A DNA stretch of 64,000 nucleotides, taken from NCBI GenBank assembly GCA_027483805.1, contig JAIXTS010000109.1:6474-70473 (forward strand), read 5' to 3'. The notes beneath the pieces are model-generated. The model was given only the letters and a program-made list of their open reading frames with translations. It searched no databases and was not told the origin of the DNA. The position numbers and the translations under genes were made by a program. Position 1 is the first letter of the stretch. Each line of letters begins with the position of its first letter. This document shows, in pieces, positions 57,223 through 64,000 of this stretch. Source of the stretch: Azospirillum sp. GTDB lineage: Bacteria; Pseudomonadota; Alphaproteobacteria; Azospirillales; Azospirillaceae.

Positions 57223-59226
57223 GTGGCCCGTGGCACATTGAGAAGTCTGACCTGGCGACAGGCACTGGTGACCCTGACCGGCGCCTTGCTCGTGGGGCTT
57301 GTGCTGACCCTGGTCGAAGGCGGGTTCGCGGTGGTTCGTGAACGCGACAAGGCCGAACGCCGCATCGCACAGATCATGAATCTGGTCGCCGGACCGGCGG
57401 CCACGGCGCTATGGAACTTCGATACCGCTCTGGCACGCAACCAGTTCGAACCGGTGCGAACCCTGGACCTTGTTGACCGGATTGAGATCCGTGACATGGG
57501 GGGAGGGATTTTTGCCGCCGATGGCGTGGCTGCCACGGCGGGTTCCTGGACCGGTTTTATCTTTGAGGGATTGCTGCGGGCACAAAGGCCCCTGGTGAAT
57601 ATCGCGGAAGATGGACGGCGGCGGGAAATCGGCACCCTGGTCCTCTTTATCGATCCGCGGGCCATCGGCGATGATCTGCGCACCTATATTCTGGGCTCCC
57701 TGCTGGGCGGATTGCTGCGTAACCTGCTGCTGGGCGCGTTCTTGTCGGTGATCTTCCATCGGTTCCTGACCCGCCCCCTGATCGCGCTGGGCCGGGACCT
57801 GATCCGGGTGCGCCCGGCCGAACCGCTGGCCAGCCCGATCCGCGTGCCCCGCGGTCACCGCAATGACGAACTGGGCTACGTGGCCTCGCGCATCAATGAA
57901 CTTCTGGCGCAGTTGCACCGGTCGCAGACGGAATTGCGGCGGCTGGCGACACGCGACCCGCTGACGGACCTGCCCAACCGGGTGCTGATGACGGAAACCC
58001 TCAATGTTGCGCTGGAACGCGCCGGCAGGGACGGCACCCATCTGGCCCTGCTGTTTCTCGACCTTGACCGGTTCAAGCATGTCAATGACAGCCTGGGCCA
58101 CGGGGCCGGCGACAACCTTCTGCGCGAGGTTGGAGGCAGGTTGCGCGGCGCCCTGCGCCAGTCGCATGTCGTCGGCCGGCTGGGCGGAGACGAATTCCTG
58201 GTCGTGCTGGAAAATGCCGGCACGGTGGAAGAGGTGGCCCAGGCCGCGGCCCGCCTGCTGGCGGCGCTGTCCCGCCCCTTCGGCATTGATGGTCAGGTGG
58301 TCCATGCAGGCGCCAGCATCGGGATCGCCATGCATCCGCAGGACGGGGCCGACGCCGTGACCCTGATGCGCCATGCCGACGTGGCCATGTACGCGGCAAA
58401 GGCCATGGGCGGTGGGGCCTTCAAATTCTTTGACAAGGCCATGACCGAACGCGCGCTGGTCATGCTGCGGACCGAAGCGTCATTGCGCGACGCCCTGGCC
58501 GGCGACCGACTGGACGTGCATTACCAGCCCAAGATCGATCTGGCCACCGGCCGCCTGGCGGGGGTAGAGGCGCTGGTGCGCTGGCCGCATGGCGACCGCA
58601 TGATCTCCCCGGCGGAATTCATTCCGGTGGCAGAGGAAACGGGCCTGATCGTGGAGCTGGGGGAATGGGTGCTGCGCCGCGCCAGCCGCGATGCGGCGCA
58701 TTGGCGCCATATTCACGGCGCTGTGACGGTGGCCGTGAACGTGTCCGCCCGCCAACTGGCCGAACCGGATTTCCCCGAACGCGCCGTGCGGATCGTGTCG
58801 GAAGCGGGCCTGCTGCCCCGGCAATTCATCCTGGAGATCACGGAAACCGTGGTCATGCGGGACGTGGCCAAACAGATGGCGGTGCTGAACGCGCTGCGCG
58901 GCTTCGGATTCGGGGTGGCGGTGGATGATTTCGGAACGGGCTATTCCTCCTTGGCCTATCTGAAGCAGTTGCCCGTCACGATGCTGAAGATCGACCGCAG
59001 CTTCGTGAATGACCTGCCAGAGGATTCCGCCATCGCCGCGACCGTCATCGCCCTGGGCAAACGGCTGGGCCTGACCACCATCGCAGAGGGGGTGGAAACC
59101 GACCGGCAGCTGGAATGGCTGCGCGCCGAAGGCTGCATGCTGGCGCAGGGCTACCTGCTGGCCAAGCCGATGCCGGCCGACCAGTTCGAGCGGCAATTCC
59201 TGATGGTTATGGCCAAGGTCGGCTGA
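57223..59226 (+). CDS. Membrane-bound GGDEF-EAL protein with HAMP-like linker
   Basis: Two TM segments; DPLTDLPNR, DLDRFK, RLGGDEF; EALVRW, LEITE, DDFGTGYSSL, LKIDRSF, AEGVET, QGY. Confidence 0.94.
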   Translation: MARGTLRSLTWRQALVTLTGALLVGLVLTLVEGGFAVVRERDKAERRIAQIMNLVAGPAATALWNFDTALARNQFEPVRTLDLVDRIEIRDMGGGIFAADGVAATAGSWTGFIFEGLLRAQRPLVNIAEDGRRREIGTLVLFIDPRAIGDDLRTYILGSLLGGLLRNLLLGAFLSVIFHRFLTRPLIALGRDLIRVRPAEPLASPIRVPRGHRNDELGYVASRINELLAQLHRSQTELRRLATRDPLTDLPNRVLMTETLNVALERAGRDGTHLALLFLDLDRFKHVNDSLGHGAGDNLLREVGGRLRGALRQSHVVGRLGGDEFLVVLENAGTVEEVAQAAARLLAALSRPFGIDGQVVHAGASIGIAMHPQDGADAVTLMRHADVAMYAAKAMGGGAFKFFDKAMTERALVMLRTEASLRDALAGDRLDVHYQPKIDLATGRLAGVEALVRWPHGDRMISPAEFIPVAEETGLIVELGEWVLRRASRDAAHWRHIHGAVTVAVNVSARQLAEPDFPERAVRIVSEAGLLPRQFILEITETVVMRDVAKQMAVLNALRGFGFGVAVDDFGTGYSSLAYLKQLPVTMLKIDRSFVNDLPEDSAIAATVIALGKRLGLTTIAEGVETDRQLEWLRAEGCMLAQGYLLAKPMPADQFERQFLMVMAKVG

Positions 59227-59237
59227 ACGGCCCGGAG

Positions 59238-59786
59238 TCAGCCGACCCCACCACCAACCTCTTCCAGATACAGCTTTGCCATTTCCCCATAATGCGGGGC
59301 GATGGACATCTGCGTCCTGATATCGTCCTCGGTCAGGGGACGCAGGAATCTGGCGGGACTGCCGCCCCACAATTCCCCTGCCTTCACCCGCTTGCCCGGC
59401 GTGACCAGGGCACCGGCGGCGACCATCGCACCCGCCTCCACCACGGCCCCGTCCATGACGCAGGCCTTCATGCCGATGAAGGCCCCATCCTCCACCACGC
59501 AGCCATGCAGCAGGGCCAGATGGCCGACCGTGACATTGTCACCGATGGTGGTGCTGAACCGGTTGCGGGTGCAGTGGACGACGCTGCCATCCTGGATGTT
59601 GCTGTTGCAGCCAATGCGGATGGCATTGACGTCACCGCGCACGGTGACGCCGAACCACAGGTTGGTGCCGGCCCCGATCTCCACATCGCCGATGATGGTG
59701 GCATTGGCCAGGAACACCGACGGGTCGATGATGGGCAGCTTGCCCTTGAAGGGCAGGATGGTGGGGATGGGGCGGGAATGGATCAT
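59238..59786 (-). CDS. Gamma-carbonic anhydrase family hexapeptide-repeat protein (YrdA-like)
   Basis: IGDV.IG…RGDVN.IRIG..SNIQDG..VH…TVGH.A.LHGC. Confidence 0.93.
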   Translation of the reverse strand: MIHSRPIPTILPFKGKLPIIDPSVFLANATIIGDVEIGAGTNLWFGVTVRGDVNAIRIGCNSNIQDGSVVHCTRNRFSTTIGDNVTVGHLALLHGCVVEDGAFIGMKACVMDGAVVEAGAMVAAGALVTPGKRVKAGELWGGSPARFLRPLTEDDIRTQMSIAPHYGEMAKLYLEEVGGGVG

Positions 59787-60844
59787 GGGAACACCGGCAC
59801 CACGTCCAGGCCCAGCGTCTCGTCAAACCCGTTCATGATGTTGAAATTCTGCACCGCCTGACCAGACGCGCCCTTCATCAGATTGTCGATGACGGAGACC
59901 AGGATGGCCCGGCCCGGAATGCGGTCGGCAAAGACATTGATCAGGGCCAGATTGGACCCGGCCACATGGCGGGTCTGCGGGCCCACACCGGGGGCCAGCA
60001 GCTTCACGAACGGCTCGCCCGCATAGGCCTTTTCCAGAGACGCGCGCAGGGCTGCCACATCCACCCCATCCTTCACCCGGACATAGGTGGTGGCCATCAT
60101 GCCGCGGTTCATGGGGATCAGATGCGGGGTGAAGGCAATGCGGACATCGCCGCGCCCGGCGGCCCAGCCCAGGCTCTGCTCGATCTCCGGTGCATGGCGA
60201 TGCGAGGCGATGCCATAGGCATGCATGCCTTCCGCCACCTCGCAATAAAGACTGCCCTGCTTGGCGTCACGGCCCGCCCCGGACACGCCCGACTTGGCAT
60301 CGATGATGATGTCTTCAGCTGAAATCAGGCCCTCGCGCAGCAGCGGCAGCAGCGGCAGCAGCGAGGCCGTGGGATAACAGCCGGGATTGGCGACCAGCCG
60401 GGCCTTGGCCACCTGCTCACGCGCCACTTCCGACAGACCGTAAATGGCGGTTTCCTGCAAAGTCACGGCCTTGTGTGCGTGGCCATACCATTCGGCATAG
60501 GTGTCCACGTTGAACAGCCGGAAATCGGCCGACAGGTCGCAGACGCGGACATGGGCCGGCAATCCGGCGATCACCTCCTGCGTGGTGCCGTGCGGCAGTC
60601 CGCAGAAGACAAAATCCACCTCATCCCAATTGACATCGGCGATCTTGGTCAGGGCCGGCAGGTCATAGGGGGCCAGATGCGGGAACACCTCGGCCACCGG
60701 CTTGCCGGCGGCGCGCTCCCCCGTCAGGGCGGTGATCTGCACGCGCGGATGGCGCAGCAGCAATCGCATCAGCTCGGCACCCGTATAGCCGGAAGCGCCC
60801 AGAATGGCGACGCGGACGGGGGCGGCGGCGGAAGCGGTGCTCAT
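59783..60844 (-). CDS. argC: N-acetyl-gamma-glutamyl-phosphate reductase
   Basis: GASGYTG, CGLPHG, DLSADFR, ANPGCYPT, DAKSGVSGAG, HRH.PEI, DNLMKGASGQA. Confidence 0.97.
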   Translation of the reverse strand: MSTASAAAPVRVAILGASGYTGAELMRLLLRHPRVQITALTGERAAGKPVAEVFPHLAPYDLPALTKIADVNWDEVDFVFCGLPHGTTQEVIAGLPAHVRVCDLSADFRLFNVDTYAEWYGHAHKAVTLQETAIYGLSEVAREQVAKARLVANPGCYPTASLLPLLPLLREGLISAEDIIIDAKSGVSGAGRDAKQGSLYCEVAEGMHAYGIASHRHAPEIEQSLGWAAGRGDVRIAFTPHLIPMNRGMMATTYVRVKDGVDVAALRASLEKAYAGEPFVKLLAPGVGPQTRHVAGSNLALINVFADRIPGRAILVSVIDNLMKGASGQAVQNFNIMNGFDETLGLDVVPVFP

Positions 60845-60895
60845 TTACGGCGATCTCCTGCATGACGGTTGGGTGCCCACTCTGGCACCCGTCCG

Positions 60896-61357
60896 TTACA
60901 AATACAGCTTCATCCCCTCATGCGAAGCATCAAAGCCAAGGCGCTGGTAGAACCTGTGCGCATCGGTCCGCTGCTTGTCGGTGGTCAACTGCACCAGACC
61001 ACAGCCCCGCGCCCGCGCCAGATCCACGCAATTCTCGATCAGAATGGCGCCCAGCCCCTTGGACCGCAGGGCAGAGGCCACCCGCACCGCCTCGACCGTA
61101 CAGCGCCGCATGCCCTTGCGACCCAGGCCGCGGGCATAGTTCAGCTGGGCCATCGCCACGACACGGCCATCCAGGTCCAGAACCAGGATTTCGGCATTGG
61201 GGTCCAGGATGATCTCGTCCCAGGCCTCGTAATAGGGTTCAAGGTCGGTCGCCTGTTCGCGCCCCTGGCCCAGCATGTCGTCGGTCAGCAGCGCCACCAT
61301 CTCCGGCACGTCACGGCGCTGGGCCACACGCACCACGACATCTTCCTTGATCGACAT
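60896..61357 (-). CDS. GNAT-family N-acetyltransferase
   Basis: VEAVRVASALRSKGLG (acetyl-CoA motif), VQLTTDKQRTDAHRFYQRLGF..SHEG.KL. Confidence 0.9.
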   Translation of the reverse strand: MSIKEDVVVRVAQRRDVPEMVALLTDDMLGQGREQATDLEPYYEAWDEIILDPNAEILVLDLDGRVVAMAQLNYARGLGRKGMRRCTVEAVRVASALRSKGLGAILIENCVDLARARGCGLVQLTTDKQRTDAHRFYQRLGFDASHEGMKLYL

Positions 61358-61449
61358 CGGTTCCCCCGGCTGTTTACCGGACAAGCATAACAGGGATGGA
61401 CGGGCAAGGGGGGCCGATAGTTCGCCCATGCGATTGCGCATGGGGTAAT

Positions 61450-61495
61450 TGCGATGGATTCGCATTTTCATGCTGGCGCATGCGAGTGATTTGCA
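61450..61495. promoter_or_regulatory. Two candidate alphaproteobacterial Fur-type iron boxes upstream of bfd
   Basis: TGCGA-TGGAT-TCGCA (61450-61464) and TGCGA-GTGAT-TTGCA (61481-61495); resemble the TGCGA-N5-TCGCA core of the Caulobacter Fur box. Confidence 0.65.
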
Positions 61496-61538
61496 GTATC
61501 CAAAGAACATCGCCGCTGACCGGGGTCGCTGTCCGATC

Positions 61539-61745
61539 ATGTATGTCTGCATCTGCAACGCCATCAACTGCAAGACCGTGCGTCACAGTGTGAATAATGG
61601 CGCGTCCAGTGTGGCCGGCGTGTTCAAGGCCTGTGGCAAGACCCCGCAATGTGGTCGCTGCTTCACCACGATCCGGGAAATGGTGGGCGATGCAAGCCCG
61701 GCCCACATCTGCGCCGACCACGCGCACGCCATCGCCGCTGAATAA
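61539..61745 (+). CDS. bfd: Bacterioferritin-associated [2Fe-2S] ferredoxin
   Basis: MYVCICNAI…QCGRC; CxC…CxxC spacing typical of Bfd. Confidence 0.9.
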   Translation: MYVCICNAINCKTVRHSVNNGASSVAGVFKACGKTPQCGRCFTTIREMVGDASPAHICADHAHAIAAE

Positions 61746-61826
61746 CCGGCTTTCCTAACAGACGCGCAGCGTGGTCATGGAGCAAGGGACCTTGCCCTCG
61801 CCGTAATTGTTGCCACGCTGGGCCCG

Positions 61827-62309
61827 TTACTCTCTTTCGTCCGCCACCACGGCCTTCTCGGCCTCGATGCGCTTCGCCCTTTCCGCCTGCATTTCCCGCA
61901 GCCCGGTATCGCTTTTGCCCAGGCGCCCGACCAGCAGGCGCAGGTTGCGTTCCGCCGCGACATAGAGCGGTTCTTCACTTTCCGACCCGTCCAGTCGCGG
62001 CGCCTCGTCATCGCTGGCGGAGACATAGACAACCCGGAACAGGCCGTACGCCTCCTCATACCGGCCGATCTCCTGGTTGATCAGCGCCAGTTGATAGCGC
62101 GCGCCCATATCTTCCGGGTCCTCCTGCGCCAGCCTTCCATAGAATTCCAGCGCCATGACATAATCCCTGGCCTCCAGTGCCGCCCGCCCCCGGTCGCTGT
62201 CATCATTCATGAAGGGGTTCACCGGCTGGGCCCAGCGCGGCGTCAGGCAACCCGGCAGAACAAACACCAAGGACAGGGCCAGGCAGAGGGGGCGCAAATG
62301 GCGGATCAT
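61827..62309 (-). CDS. Putative TPR-containing lipoprotein
   Basis: Hydrophobic N-terminus with LPGC lipobox-like motif; TPR-like GRAALEARDY..AL..Y…ARYQLA.I….GRY.EA. Confidence 0.75.
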   Translation of the reverse strand: MIRHLRPLCLALSLVFVLPGCLTPRWAQPVNPFMNDDSDRGRAALEARDYVMALEFYGRLAQEDPEDMGARYQLALINQEIGRYEEAYGLFRVVYVSASDDEAPRLDGSESEEPLYVAAERNLRLLVGRLGKSDTGLREMQAERAKRIEAEKAVVADERE

Positions 62310-62453
62310 GCAATCCTCGGAATGAAAATCAGGCGGATTGGTGCCATCCTAACACGACAACAGCATCCGTCACCGGTCGCAGCGCCCTGACCCGCCGAAG
62401 CCGGGAAGAGTGGACAGCGGTGCCGATGGCGCCGTCAGCAACCGGAGACCTCG

Positions 62454-62864
62454 ATGGCCGTTCCCTTCACCCTGCTGGGCCTGGATCACATTGTGCTGCG
62501 GGTGTGCCATATCGACCGGATGATGGGCTTCTATCAGTCGGTCCTGGGCTGCACGCTGGAGAAGATCCAGGCCGAAATCGGCCTCTACCAATTGCGCGCG
62601 GGCCGGCACCTGATCGATCTGATCCCGCTGGATGGCACGCTGGGCCGCCTGGGCGGGGCCGGTCCCGGGGAACAGGGGCGCAATCTGGAGCATTTCTGCC
62701 TGGAGATCACGCCCTTCAACGATGCCGCCATCCGCGCACATCTGGCGGCGCATGGTGTCACCGTTGGCAGCACGGGCATACGCAACGGCGCGCAGGGCGA
62801 AGGCCCGTCGATCTATCTGACCGATCCGGAGGGAAACAATGTGGAGTTGAAAGCCGCGCCGTGA
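62454..62864 (+). CDS. VOC / glyoxalase-family protein
   Basis: LDHIVLRV…FYQSVLG…HFCLEI…YLTDPEGNNVEL. Confidence 0.92.
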   Translation: MAVPFTLLGLDHIVLRVCHIDRMMGFYQSVLGCTLEKIQAEIGLYQLRAGRHLIDLIPLDGTLGRLGGAGPGEQGRNLEHFCLEITPFNDAAIRAHLAAHGVTVGSTGIRNGAQGEGPSIYLTDPEGNNVELKAAP

Positions 62865-62876
62865 TCGCAGGGCGGC

Positions 62877-63881
62877 TCAGAAATGCCGCCAGCCGCCGGC
62901 CCCCAGGTCGGCCTCGACCCCGTCCAGGCCCAGCAGGTCCAGGCCCGGTTCGCCATCCACCACCTTGCCGATGCGCGTCACCTTGATCCCGGCATTGATG
63001 CCGGCGGCGGCGATATCCTCGGCCTTGTCGGCGGCCGCCGTGAAGGCAACCTCGTAATCATCGCCCCCGGTCAGAACCGCACGGCGCAGCGCCGGCGTGC
63101 CGACCAGCAGGCGCAGGGCCGCGCCGGACAGGGGCACGGCCTGGGTATCCACCTGCAGCCGCACCTTGCTGGCCAGCGCCAGATGCCGCAGATCGGCCAC
63201 CAGCCCGTCGGAAATATCCAGCGCCGCCGTGCCGAACACCCGCAACGAGGCAACAAGGTCCAGGCGCGGGGCGGGACGATGCAGGCGCGACAGCAGATAG
63301 GCGCGGTCGGCTTCCGTGACGGGCTGGACCAGCGCACCCTGCGCCAGCTTCAGACCCAGGGCGGCATCACCGATGGAACCGGTGACGAACAGCGCGTCAC
63401 CGGGCTTAGCCCCCTTGCGGCGGATCATGCGATTGCGCGGCACCAGCCCCAGCGCGGTGATGGTCAGCGACAGGGGGCCGGAGGTGGAAACCGAATCACC
63501 GCCCAGCAGGTTGACCTTGAACGCCCGCTGCGCCTCGCCCAACCCCTTGGCAAAGGCTTCAACCCAGTCGTCGCCAATGCTTTTTGGCAGGCAGGTGACC
63601 AGGGAATAGGCCAGAGGCTCCGCCCCCTTGGCGGCCAGGTCAGACATGTTGACGGCCAGGATCTTCCAGGCCAGATCGGCAGGATTGTCCTGGGGCAGGA
63701 AATGCACGCCCGCGACCATGGCATCGGTGGTGACCACCAGCTGCTGGTCGTAAGGCACATCCAGGGCGGCGGCATCATCGGTCAGGTCAAAGGCACCGGG
63801 AACGCCCACGGCCAGCGGCCGGAAGAACCGTTCGATCCGGCCGAACTCCCCCAGACTGACGGGCGCGCCCTGCTCGGTCAC
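62877..63881 (-). CDS. thiL: Thiamine-monophosphate kinase
   Basis: [44 protein letters not shown]. Confidence 0.96.
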   Translation of the reverse strand: MTEQGAPVSLGEFGRIERFFRPLAVGVPGAFDLTDDAAALDVPYDQQLVVTTDAMVAGVHFLPQDNPADLAWKILAVNMSDLAAKGAEPLAYSLVTCLPKSIGDDWVEAFAKGLGEAQRAFKVNLLGGDSVSTSGPLSLTITALGLVPRNRMIRRKGAKPGDALFVTGSIGDAALGLKLAQGALVQPVTEADRAYLLSRLHRPAPRLDLVASLRVFGTAALDISDGLVADLRHLALASKVRLQVDTQAVPLSGAALRLLVGTPALRRAVLTGGDDYEVAFTAAADKAEDIAAAGINAGIKVTRIGKVVDGEPGLDLLGLDGVEADLGAGGWRHF

Positions 63882-64000
63882 GGTGTGCCGCCCTTGCCGG
63901 CCGGCTTGGCCCCCATCTCAGCCGTCCGCAGCGTGCGGGCCAGCTTGTCCAGCACACCATTGACCATTCCCGGCTCGCGACCGGCGAAAAAGGCGTGGGT
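63878..64000 (-). CDS. nusB: 3' end of transcription antitermination factor NusB (truncated by the window edge)
   Basis: …[25 protein letters not shown]…*; 4-bp overlap with the thiL GTG start, as in the usual nusB-thiL order. Confidence 0.88.
   Translation of the reverse strand, partial: THAFFAGREPGMVNGVLDKLARTLRTAEMGAKPAGKGGTP

Overview
GC-rich alphaproteobacterial chromosome segment; gene content suggests Rhodospirillales/Azospirillaceae (inference). No rRNA, tRNA, CRISPR array, integrase or transposase was recognised. Housekeeping genes (hrpB, phaZ, recR, DEAD-box helicase, pyk, argC, thiL, nusB) frame two glycan loci. Locus 1 (5.8-22.8 kb) encodes a Sel1-repeat protein, a GT4, a SAM methyltransferase with a duplicated C-terminal module, a small Ser/Thr-rich RTX protein with its own terminator, a protein with ChW (clostridial hydrophobic-W)-like repeats, a GT2-GT4 fusion, a TylF O-methyltransferase, Wzm/Wzt and a WsaE/WbdD-like methyltransferase-coiled coil-GT2-GT2 protein. 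Locus 2 (33.5-40.2 kb) encodes a GT2, rmlCBAD, a GT4 and a Wzz-like protein. The best candidate for an undescribed system is locus 1, read as a methyl-rhamnan/RTX surface-protein glycosylation module with Sel1 and ChW-like accessory proteins; this is inference. Other content: an orphan TogB-like protein plus GH105, a class A beta-lactamase with AmpR, glutathione-dependent formaldehyde detoxification, lysine 6-dehydrogenase-type catabolism, coxS-coxM without a large subunit, an RND pump with TetR, two atypical chemoreceptors, and a family of structured intergenic repeats showing compensatory base changes. All family assignments come from motif recognition by eye; no database searches were run.
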